Notes: generated from the sequence alone by a model not told the origin. A DNA stretch of 40,279 bases from Deltaproteobacteria bacterium (GCA_031280335.1 JAITGZ010000041.1:1-40279); one strand, 5' to 3'; positions 25,961-33,328 are shown, numbered from the stretch's first letter. Numbers and translations are program-made.

Positions 25961-26959
25961 TTACGCGGTTCCGCCGGGCCGGACCATCTCCCTGATTTTT
26001 GCCGCAATGGATTTTTCATCGGGAATCAGGGGGAACTCCAGGGCCGGGCTGAAGGGCATGGGGACATCCGCCGTGCCCAGGCGTTCAATGGGGGCATCCA
26101 GATCATAGAAAACTTCCGGCATGATGCGCAAGGCGATTTCGCCGCTGATGCCAAAGCCGGTATGCCCTTCATCCACTATGAGAAGTCTGCCGGTTTTCTT
26201 GACGGAATGGATGATGCTGTTCGTATCCAGCGGCACGATGGTACGCAGGTCGATGAGCTCCACTGAAATACCTTCCGCCTCCAGAGAGGCGGCGGCCTTT
26301 TCCGCCTTGTTCACCATCATGGAGAGCGCCGCCACGGTGATGTCCCCGCCCTCTCTTACCATACGGGCCTTGCCGAAAGGAATGGGCGCGCCTTCGTCTT
26401 TGTCCGGAACATCGTTGAATTTGACGGTGTAGAGCATCTTGTGTTCAAAAAAAATGACCGGGTTATTGTCGCGTATGGCGGTCTTGAGCAAGCCTTTGGC
26501 CTCTCCGGCGGTGGCGGGCAGAACCACCTTAAGGCCGGGACAGTGGGCCATCCAGGCGTGCGGACTCTGGGAATGCTGGGCTGCGGAGGAACGCCCCCCG
26601 CCCAGGGGCATACGGACGACCAGGGGCACGCACGCCTGCCCGCCGGACATATATGAAATTTTAGCGGCCTGGTTGCAAATCTGATCCATGGCCACTGTCA
26701 GAAAATCCGCAAACATGAGTTCCACCACCGGCCGGCAGCCGGCAATGGCCGCTCCCACGCCCAAACCCACAATACCTGCCTCGGAAATGGGGGAGTCCTT
26801 GCAGCGCAGGTCGCCGTATTTTTCCAAAAGACCCACGGTGCATTTGAAATTGCCGCCTATAACCCCCACATCCTCTCCAATGACAAATATGGTTCCATCC
26901 CTGGCCATTTCCTCGTCCAGGGCTTCTTGTATCGCCTCTCTGTACATGATTTCGCGCAT
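25961..26959 (-). CDS. acoB: TPP-dependent (acetoin/2-oxoacid) dehydrogenase E1 beta subunit
   Basis: 332 aa. MREIMYREAIQEALDEEMARD, GEDVG..GG and the transketolase-like C-terminal domain are typical of E1 beta. GGAGG lies 9 nt upstream. Confidence 0.85.
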   Translation of the reverse strand: MREIMYREAIQEALDEEMARDGTIFVIGEDVGVIGGNFKCTVGLLEKYGDLRCKDSPISEAGIVGLGVGAAIAGCRPVVELMFADFLTVAMDQICNQAAKISYMSGGQACVPLVVRMPLGGGRSSAAQHSQSPHAWMAHCPGLKVVLPATAGEAKGLLKTAIRDNNPVIFFEHKMLYTVKFNDVPDKDEGAPIPFGKARMVREGGDITVAALSMMVNKAEKAAASLEAEGISVELIDLRTIVPLDTNSIIHSVKKTGRLLIVDEGHTGFGISGEIALRIMPEVFYDLDAPIERLGTADVPMPFSPALEFPLIPDEKSIAAKIREMVRPGGTA

Positions 26960-26994
26960 TGCGCATATCCTCCGGCGTCAGTTCTTGGGGGCTG

Positions 26995-27210
26995 CCGCCT
27001 TGAAAGCATTTTAAATTTGGGGCTATCGCCCCAAACCCCATCCGGGGGGAATCATTCCCCCCGGACCCCCTCTACATTGAGTCAAAGTTTAGGGTGCCGA
27101 GCAGGGTGCCTTAAAGTTAATATGCTCCAAACCCGCCATTCGTGGGGGAATGATTCCCCCACGAAACACCGCGTTCTTTTTTCAGCCGTCTTGCGGCTGA
27201 AAAAACGTGT
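26995..27210. repeat. cluster of family-2 hairpin repeats filling the E1alpha-E1beta intergenic gap
   Basis: Modules present: ttggggctatcgccccaa, ggggggaatcattcccccc, gtgggggaatgattcccccac and the 16-bp-stem hairpin ttttttcagccg-tcttg-cggctgaaaaaa. The first part is the reverse complement of the 9364/37511 copies. Confidence 0.8.
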
Positions 27211-27222
27211 GGGCGCGGCGCT

Positions 27223-28179
27223 TTAGTCCGCGAAGACATCGGTATAAGCTTCCGCAGCATCGGCGTAAGCGCTTTTTTCCGCAAAGGAGCAGGCTGCCGC
27301 GATCTCTTCATCCACGCTGTCGCGGATGGTTTTGATTTTCAGAGCGGTAAGCAGACCGGCTTTTTCCAGCCTGTCCAGAGGGTCTCTGGCTTTCCATTCC
27401 GCTACCTCGCTTTCCGGACGGTACACGCCAGGGTCGCCGACATGGTGCCCCTGATGGCGATAGGTCAAACACTCCACCAGGCTCGGCCCCTTGCCCTCGC
27501 GGGCGCGGGCCACAGCCAAGCCTACCTCTTTGTACACGGCGAAGACATCATTGCCGTCGATGGTGCTGCCAGGGATGCCGTAGCCCTCGGCTCTTTTGGA
27601 GAGCCGAGGTTCTTTGGTGACTTTGCGTATATCCACAGAAATGCCGTACAGGTTGTTTTCTATTACAAACACCACAGGCAGATCCCAGGCTGCGGCCATG
27701 TTGAGGCTTTCGTGGAAGACACCTTCGTTGGCGGCGGAATCGCCGAAAAAGGAAAGGGTTACGGACTCATTTTGCAGCAGTCTGGAGGCATACGCCGCGC
27801 CCACGGCAATGGGTATGCCGCCGCCCACAATACCGTTGGCACCCAAAATGCCTTTGTCCAGGGCCATGATGTGCATGGAGCCGCCCTTGCCTTTGGAATA
27901 GCCCGTGCCCTTGCCGAGAATCTCCGCCATCATGCGCTTGAGATCCGCCCCGCTGGCGACCAGATGCCCGTGTCCCCGATGCGTGCTGGCAATGTAGTCG
28001 GAATCCTTTAAGGCTCCGCAGGCTCCGGCGGCCACGGCCTCCTGCCCCAGGTACAGATGGGCAAGCCCAGGCATCAGCCCGCGCTTGTAAAACTCAAAGA
28101 CTTCTTCCTCGAAACGCCTGGTGCGGTACATGACCGTATAGAATTTTCCGGCCAGATCCCTGTTTTCATCCAGACGCAT
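27223..28179 (-). CDS. acoA: TPP-dependent (acetoin/2-oxoacid) dehydrogenase E1 alpha subunit
   Basis: 318 aa. RFEEEVFEFYKRGLMPGLAHLYLGQEA, HRGHGH and the TPP-binding GDSAANEGVFHESLN are present. GGAGG precedes the ATG at 28179. Confidence 0.85.
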   Translation of the reverse strand: MRLDENRDLAGKFYTVMYRTRRFEEEVFEFYKRGLMPGLAHLYLGQEAVAAGACGALKDSDYIASTHRGHGHLVASGADLKRMMAEILGKGTGYSKGKGGSMHIMALDKGILGANGIVGGGIPIAVGAAYASRLLQNESVTLSFFGDSAANEGVFHESLNMAAAWDLPVVFVIENNLYGISVDIRKVTKEPRLSKRAEGYGIPGSTIDGNDVFAVYKEVGLAVARAREGKGPSLVECLTYRHQGHHVGDPGVYRPESEVAEWKARDPLDRLEKAGLLTALKIKTIRDSVDEEIAAACSFAEKSAYADAAEAYTDVFAD

Positions 28180-28324
28180 GGTTTCCTCCAGGGGCGTTTT
28201 GTCTTTGAAAGGCCGCCCGCCCTAAGCGTACATGTCGTACGCAAGGGGGGATTTCCGGCGGGGAAAGGGCGCGCGGACATCCAGGCGGGGGTTCACGGGC
28301 GGAGGCCCGCAATCTGTTCCTCCA

Positions 28325-28340
28325 TGCAAAAGGCGTTCCC
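28325..28340 (-). promoter_or_regulatory. candidate sigma-54 (-24/-12) promoter for the aco-like cluster
   Basis: The minus strand reads gGGaACGccttTTGCA. GG and GC have the canonical 10-nt separation and the -12 TTGCA is perfect. It lies ~147 nt upstream of the E1alpha ATG and is divergent from a sigma-54 activator gene. Confidence 0.6.
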
Positions 28341-28492
28341 TTTTTCCGCCTGCAGTGAGCCGCCATGTGGCAGTCATTACCTTGCTTTTGTTTGCGCGGT
28401 CGCAGAAGTTTCTTGACTGACTATGCGGCGGGGTAAATCAGCGCCGGATTTGTTTCCCATGCCCGTGCGCACATGCGCGGTTCTGGTGGACA

Positions 28493-28508
28493 TGTGCCAC
28501 TTGGCACA
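28493..28508. promoter_or_regulatory. palindrome TGTGCCA-CT-TGGCACA, candidate enhancer (UAS) or operator for the AcoR-type activator
   Basis: 7-bp inverted arms lie ~160 bp upstream of the -24/-12 element (minus-strand sense) and ~30 nt upstream of the activator ATG. A second palindrome, GTGCGCAC, is at 28466-28473. Confidence 0.4.
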
Positions 28509-28536
28509 GTATGCTGGCACAAACAAAGGAAGGGTT

Positions 28537-30519
28537 ATGTATTCCGACGAGACGCGCATGAAGATACGCGAGGCCAGGGAACAATTCCGCCGGGGCCTGT
28601 CTGTGGACGAGAGCTGTGTACGCCGTGAGATTCTGGAATCCTGGCGGCGTTCCCGCGCCTATGGCCTGGACTTTGACAAGGGCGACAAGCGCCTTATACC
28701 GCCGGAGGAGCTGCGCGGGAGAATTGAGGAGCGGCGCGTCCTTTACGACCTCGCGGTGCCGGTTATGGAGCAGCTTTACGACTTCACCACCGGCTCAGGC
28801 TTTCTTTCCTCCTTGAGCGACGAGGAGGGCTACCTGCTTAAGACCATAGGAGATGAAGAGATCATGGCCGCAGCCCTCCGTAACAAGTTTCAAGAGGGCT
28901 GCAACCGCAACGAACGCCGCCTGGGCACCAACGGCATTGGCACGGCCCTGGTTACGGGCAGGCCGATTCAGGTCTTTGCGGAAGAACACTATTATGAACT
29001 GCACCAACAATGGGTATGCTCCGGCGCGCCCATTTCCGATCACGAAGGGCGCACGGTGGGGGTGTTCTGTCTCACCGGTCTGTGCGGGCAAGTTTCTTTT
29101 CACACCCTTGGCTTGGCGGTTTCCGTGGCCAATTCCATCAGCCAGCAGTTGGTCATGCGCAAGGCTTACGACGAAATCGCCCGCATCCAGCATCAGACGA
29201 AGGCCATTATCGAAAGCGTACCTTCGGGTATTCTGCTGCTCAATCAGGCCCTTAAGGTCATTCAGATGAACAGCCAGGCCGCCGCCCTGCTCATGCTGCC
29301 GGAAACGCGCATTCTTGGCAGGAGACTCCACGAGATTATCGGCGGGCACCCTCTGGATGCCGGAACCCTGTATGAAGCGCTCAATGACAGAAGTATCGCC
29401 ATTGAGCGGCACGGGCAGGTTCTGCGCCTGATGTTTTCTTTGAACCGCGCGGATGCGGAAAATATTGTGCTTACCTTTGCCCGTACGGAATCCCTGCACA
29501 AAAAGGTACACCACATCATCGGCTCAGAGGCGCGTTTCACCTTTGATGACATTGTGGGACAAAGCCCGGCCCTGCGCAATGCCGTTTCCCTGGCGCGTAT
29601 CGCCGCAGGCAACGAATCCACGGTGTTGCTGACCGGGGAGAGCGGCACGGGCAAGGAACTCTTCGCTCACTCCATCCATAATGCCGGCCCGCGTGAAAAA
29701 GGCCCCTTCATTGCCATCAACTGCGCCGCCCTGCCCAAAAGCTTGGTGGAAAGCGAACTCTTCGGCTATGAAAGCGGCTCCTTCACCGGCGCAAGGCGCG
29801 AAGGTGCCGCCGGAAAGTTTGAGCTGGCCAACGGGGGAACCATCTTTTTGGATGAAATCGGCGACATGCCCCTGGATGTGCAGGCCAGCCTGCTCCGTGT
29901 GCTGCAGAACCGCGAAGTCACTCGCCTGGGCGGCAGCCGGGCCGTCAAGGTAGATGTGCGCATTATTGCCGCTACCAACAGAAACCTGGCCGCCGCCGTG
30001 GAGAATGGCGCCTTTCGTGATGACCTGTATTACCGCTTGAATGTGTTCGGCATACATATACCCCCCCTGCGCGAGAGGGCGGGCGATATCCGCCTTCTGG
30101 CCGATCACTTCCTGCGCAAGTATGCCAGATTTTCCGCCCGGCCCGCGCAAGGCTTCAGCGAGGACGCTTATCTTGCTCTGGAAGAACACGTCTGGCGGGG
30201 TAATACCAGGGAGCTGGAGAATGCCGTTGAACGGGTCAGCTATATGGCGCGTACGCCGATCATTTCCAGGGAATGCCTGCATTTTTACCGCCCGTCCCCC
30301 ATTCCTGCCGGGCATGTGAGAGGGCGCAGCCCGGAGGATCCGCCGGTACGGGCAGCCGGCGGCGTGAAAGACAGCGCCGAAGCCGTGGAGCGCGCCTTGG
30401 CCGCCACCCGCGGCAATGTGCGCCGCGCCGCCGGCCTTTTGGGCGTGAGCCGCCGTACTCTGTACAGGAGGATTGCGCGCTACGGCTTTGACCCCGCGTC
30501 GTTACGCCGCAGGGTATAG
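28537..30519 (+). CDS. acoR: sigma-54-dependent transcriptional activator, AcoR family (GAF-like sensor, PAS, AAA+, Fis HTH)
   Basis: The ATG at 28537 follows AAAGGAAGGG. Features: AcoR-type sensor block LGTNGIGTALVTGRPIQVFAEEHY...WVCSGAPI, AAA+ motifs GESGTGKE, ESELFGYESGSFTGA and FLDEIGDM, and C-terminal HTH GNVRRAAGLLGVSRRTLYRRI. Confidence 0.9.
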   Translation: MYSDETRMKIREAREQFRRGLSVDESCVRREILESWRRSRAYGLDFDKGDKRLIPPEELRGRIEERRVLYDLAVPVMEQLYDFTTGSGFLSSLSDEEGYLLKTIGDEEIMAAALRNKFQEGCNRNERRLGTNGIGTALVTGRPIQVFAEEHYYELHQQWVCSGAPISDHEGRTVGVFCLTGLCGQVSFHTLGLAVSVANSISQQLVMRKAYDEIARIQHQTKAIIESVPSGILLLNQALKVIQMNSQAAALLMLPETRILGRRLHEIIGGHPLDAGTLYEALNDRSIAIERHGQVLRLMFSLNRADAENIVLTFARTESLHKKVHHIIGSEARFTFDDIVGQSPALRNAVSLARIAAGNESTVLLTGESGTGKELFAHSIHNAGPREKGPFIAINCAALPKSLVESELFGYESGSFTGARREGAAGKFELANGGTIFLDEIGDMPLDVQASLLRVLQNREVTRLGGSRAVKVDVRIIAATNRNLAAAVENGAFRDDLYYRLNVFGIHIPPLRERAGDIRLLADHFLRKYARFSARPAQGFSEDAYLALEEHVWRGNTRELENAVERVSYMARTPIISRECLHFYRPSPIPAGHVRGRSPEDPPVRAAGGVKDSAEAVERALAATRGNVRRAAGLLGVSRRTLYRRIARYGFDPASLRRRV

Positions 30520-30524
30520 ATTGT

Positions 30525-30540
30525 TGGCATACCGTTTGCA
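30525..30540 (+). promoter_or_regulatory. sigma-54 (-24/-12) promoter for the Fe-ADH gene
   Basis: TGGCATaccgtTTGCA has canonical GG-N10-GC spacing and matches the consensus except C->T at the last -24 position. It lies 108 nt upstream of the ATG at 30648. Confidence 0.7.
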
Positions 30541-30647
30541 CTCGTCCGTACATGGGGGCGGGGCCGGGTACTCGGCTTTGATGCCCTCTCTGCGCTCGTC
30601 CGTTCACGCGGCGGGGACTGAACCCGATCATTCAAGGAAGGTATGCC

Positions 30648-31760
30648 ATGAAATTGCTGACACTGAAACCGGAGATGCACCTGTATGATACATGCAAGGA
30701 ATTTCATGCGGAGATCGGGTTCAGGGATACAGACCTGATCATCACCAACAGGTATATTTTTGAGCCGTATTTTTCCGGCCTGCCCTGTAAAGCCAGGATA
30801 ATCTGGAGTGAAGACTACGGTTCCGGGGAGCCTTCCGATGAAATGGTCGAAAAGATGTTACCCGATACACAGGGCCCATTCCGGAGGGTGATTGCCATCG
30901 GCGGGGGGGCCATCATTGATATTGCCAAATTGTTTGCCCTGCGGCGGGTATCCCCGGTGCAGGACCTTTTCGACCGCAAGCTGGAGATTGTCAGGAATAA
31001 GGAGCTGATTGTCGCGCCCACCACCTGCGGCACAGGGAGTGAAGTTACCAATATCTCCATTCTGGAAATGAAAAGCCGCCGTACCAAGCTGGGTCTGGCA
31101 GCGGACGAACTTTACGCGGATCGTGCGGCACTCGTCCCCGAACTGCTTTCCGGCCTGCCGTTCAAATTTTTCGCCACCAGTTCCGTGGATGCCCTGATCC
31201 ATGCCTTTGAAGCCTCTCTTTCTCCCAAGGCTACCCCTTACACTTCGCTTTTCGGGCATAAAGCCATAGAGATTATTCTCAAAGGCTACAGGGATATCGC
31301 CAATAAGGGAGAAAAAGCCCGCCTGCCCCTGTTGAGGGATTTTCTCATCGCCAGCAACTATGCCGGGGTAGCTTTCGGTTCTGCCGGCTGCGCGGCGGTA
31401 CATGCCATGAGTTACCCCTTGAGCGCCGCCTACCATGTGCCTCATGGCGAAGCCAATTACGCCATATTTATGGGGGTATTCAAAACATACCAGCGTAAAA
31501 ATCCGCATGGCGGCATCAGGGCGTTCAATGCCTTTCTGGCTGGAATTCTTGAATGCGCTCCTGACACCGTCTATGAAGAGTTGGAAAAATTGCTTGCGGC
31601 GGTAATCCCCTTGAAAGCTTTGCGGGAGTATCAGTTAACCCGGCGGGATCTTTCTGATTTTACTCGCAGCGTCATGGAGCGGCAGGGCCGGCTTATGGCC
31701 AACAACTACACGGAATTGGATGAAAAAACCGTTCTGGGCATTTATGAGTCCTTATATTAG
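30648..31760 (+). CDS. iron-containing alcohol dehydrogenase, 4-hydroxybutyrate dehydrogenase (4HbD)-like
   Basis: 370 aa. MKLLTLKP..., GEPSDEM, IAIGGGAIIDIAK, PTTCGTGSEVTN and HVPHGEANY are present. Length and these blocks resemble the ~371-aa NAD-dependent 4-hydroxybutyrate dehydrogenase subgroup, from memory and not by database search. Confidence 0.75.
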   Translation: MKLLTLKPEMHLYDTCKEFHAEIGFRDTDLIITNRYIFEPYFSGLPCKARIIWSEDYGSGEPSDEMVEKMLPDTQGPFRRVIAIGGGAIIDIAKLFALRRVSPVQDLFDRKLEIVRNKELIVAPTTCGTGSEVTNISILEMKSRRTKLGLAADELYADRAALVPELLSGLPFKFFATSSVDALIHAFEASLSPKATPYTSLFGHKAIEIILKGYRDIANKGEKARLPLLRDFLIASNYAGVAFGSAGCAAVHAMSYPLSAAYHVPHGEANYAIFMGVFKTYQRKNPHGGIRAFNAFLAGILECAPDTVYEELEKLLAAVIPLKALREYQLTRRDLSDFTRSVMERQGRLMANNYTELDEKTVLGIYESLY

Positions 31761-31904
31761 GGAAACACTGATTAATTCGGGGCTCCGCCCTGAACCCCGC
31801 TGGGGGGAATAAGAAAGGGGCATGTTCGCCCATGCGTTGCTTTACCTCTGCCATCCCTCTGCACAACGGCAAGGCACCCTCAAGAGAATAAATCAGCGTT
31901 TCCT
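31760..31904. mobile_element. MITE-like element, copy 3
   Basis: Same sequence family as 5086-5229, with TA flanks at 31758-31759 and 31905-31906. The left TA is part of the Fe-ADH TAG stop, and the right TA is part of the TAA of the minus-strand fragment. Confidence 0.75.
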
Positions 31905-32173
31905 TAGGTGTTTAGTCCCACATTGCGCAGAGGCATCCACAGGGAGCTGTATTTTTTCCCGAACGGCGTTCCCTCATGGGCGGCCACAGCCACGGCCATG
32001 ACCCAGATGAACAGCGCGGAAATCACGGCCAGCGCCACCAGATTGAAGGCGCTGAACATTTCCAGCATGAGTTCCGCTGCCTGAGGGCCGCCAAGCCCTT
32101 CGCCCCAGGTATCCCACCCCTGTCCGAGCAGGGCGTCCAGGAATTGCTTACCGGCGTCGGTTTGCAGAAGCAA
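31904..32173 (-). pseudogene. DotA/TraY-like (type IVB conjugation) gene fragment
   Basis: The 89-aa ORF contains MFSAFNLVALAVISALFIWVMAVAVAAHEGTPFGKKYSSLWMPLRNVG. This resembles the conserved MFGVFN...TAHEGE.LGKRWSS.W.PLR block of DotA/TraY proteins (recalled from memory). These proteins are many hundreds of aa long, so this is only an internal fragment. Confidence 0.4.
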
Positions 32174-32330
32174 TGCGGTAGTGAAGCCCTTCAGGGCTTC
32201 ACGTCTTGCGCCCCGCCGGGGTTTGCGTCCCCGGCCAAGCTTCCGCCCGGAAGGAAACCACGCCCTTCAGGGCGGGGCCTTGCTATATCCGGCCTGAAGG
32301 CCGGGGTCTCAGACCACAAAGGAATAGAAG
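32170..32330 (+). repeat. GC-rich structured leader element, copy B (with a 45-nt internal insertion)
   Basis: It aligns with 902-1010. Structures: perfect 9-bp stem gtgaagccc-ttca-gggcttcac (32181-32202), hairpins ccgggg..ccccgg, cttcc-gccc-ggaag, gccc-ttca-gggc and ccggcc-tgaa-ggccgg. The identical 28-nt core at 32297-32324 lies 6 nt before an ATG (32331). Confidence 0.6.
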
Positions 32331-32390
32331 ATGATTTCCAATATTGCGGGAATTTCAGCGGCCATAGCGTTTTCTCCGGTTACGTTTCAC

Positions 32391-32418
32391 TTGACATGGT
32401 GCCCGTTTGAGCTACAAT
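32391..32418 (+). promoter_or_regulatory. sigma-70-type promoter for dinJ-yafQ
   Basis: TTGACA (32391-32396), a 16-bp spacer, then TACAAT (32413-32418). It lies ~24 nt upstream of the AAGGAGG RBS and the ATG at 32442. Confidence 0.6.
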
Positions 32419-32441
32419 CCATACATGCAAGGAGGGTTCTC

Positions 32442-32699
32442 ATGCCCGCAAACGATTATGTCCGCGCCAGGATTGATCCCGCGATTAAAAATGAAGCCGC
32501 CTGTGTGCTGTCCACTCTTGGGCTGACCGTTTCCGATGCCTGCCGTATGATGCTGACGAAAATAGCTAGGGAAAAACGACTGCCTTTCGGTACAGAAGAG
32601 CCGAACGAGGAATCGCTGGCCGCAATCAGGGAAATCGAAGAAGGCAAAGGAGTGCGGTTTCATTCCGCCGAAGCGCTGTTTGAGGATTTGGGGATATAG
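32442..32699 (+). CDS. dinJ: type II antitoxin DinJ (RelB/DinJ family)
   Basis: 85 aa. MPANDYVRARIDPAIKNEAACVLSTLGLTVSDACRMMLTKIAREKRLPF closely parallels E. coli DinJ (FVRARIDEDLKNQAADVL...LTKVAREKALPF). Confidence 0.9.
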   Translation: MPANDYVRARIDPAIKNEAACVLSTLGLTVSDACRMMLTKIAREKRLPFGTEEPNEESLAAIREIEEGKGVRFHSAEALFEDLGI

Positions 32700-32702
32700 C
32701 GT

Positions 32703-32975
32703 ATGCGCAATCCTGTCCGCTCCAGCCACTTTAAGCGGGATGTAAAAAAAGCGGAGCAACGCGGCAAGCACATGAATAAACTGCGTGTCGTGCTTGCTCT
32801 GTTGATTCAGGAACAGCCTTTGCCCCAGGCATACCAGGACCATCCGCTGAAAGGCCTCTGGAAAGGACATCGTGGAGCGCACATTGAACCGGATTGGATT
32901 TTGGTTTACCGCATTGACGGCCAAGACCTGCATTTGACCCGTACCGGCACTCATGCCGACATATTTTCTATCTGA
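32703..32975 (+). CDS. yafQ: type II toxin YafQ (RelE/ParE superfamily mRNA interferase)
   Basis: 90 aa. HPLKGLWKGHRGAHIEPDWILVYRIDGQDLHLTRTGTHADIF parallels E. coli YafQ (HPLQGSWKGYRDAHVEPDWILIYK...RTGTHAALF). It starts 3 nt after the dinJ stop. Confidence 0.9.
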   Translation: MRNPVRSSHFKRDVKKAEQRGKHMNKLRVVLALLIQEQPLPQAYQDHPLKGLWKGHRGAHIEPDWILVYRIDGQDLHLTRTGTHADIFSI

Positions 32976-33328
32976 TTGTGTCATAACCGCGCCTCTTATT
33001 GCTACGCACCGACCATGCGCGTGCAGGGATCGCGCATGGCTTTGCCGTCCGCGCCTTCCATGCGCGTCAGGTAGTCCAGTGAGGCCAGGAAGGTCAGGCG
33101 ACCCAGAAATTCGTTGTTTTTTCGCATGAATTCGAGTTGGAGAGCCTGCGTCAGCACTATTTCGCGCAAACAGCCCGGCTTCTGTGGCTGACGTGACCTG
33201 AGCGAACCAATTGGGGTTTGCCGGCCGCATCTGCGTGAGCAGCTTGAACAGACCGGCACCAAGGGAGCTTGCCCCGCACAAACCGGCAGGTCGGGTCGCT
33301 TTGCCGTATATGTCCTCAAATATGGTGG

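Noticed and set aside
27179-27207. ttttttcagccg-tcttg-cggctgaaaaaa hairpin (also at 16293-16318) as an intrinsic terminator
   Set aside because: In either orientation the U-run precedes the stem and the A-run follows it. They pair with each other to extend the stem and do not form a terminator U-tail. The hairpin also lies inside an operon.
28502-28520. Tandem TGGCAC motifs (ttggcacagtatgctggcac) as a plus-strand sigma-54 promoter for the activator
   Set aside because: The GG to GC separation is 8 nt rather than the canonical 10. I reinterpret the first TGGCAC as half of the palindrome TGTGCCA-CT-TGGCACA, a possible activator-binding site.
32412-33281. 289-aa minus-strand ORF spanning the dinJ-yafQ region
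   Set aside because: It is antisense to two genes that have strong homology to DinJ and YafQ. Its product is Arg/Gly/Ala/Pro-rich with no motif, so it is a typical shadow ORF of GC-rich DNA.
33002-33319. 105-aa minus-strand ORF (…REIVLTQALQLEFMRKNNEFLGRLTFLASLDYLTRMEGADGKAM…) as a gene
   Set aside because: Only the C-terminal half looks protein-like, and upstream protein-like sequence continues in a different frame. I cannot assign a family, so I treat it as a frameshifted remnant and do not call it as a feature.
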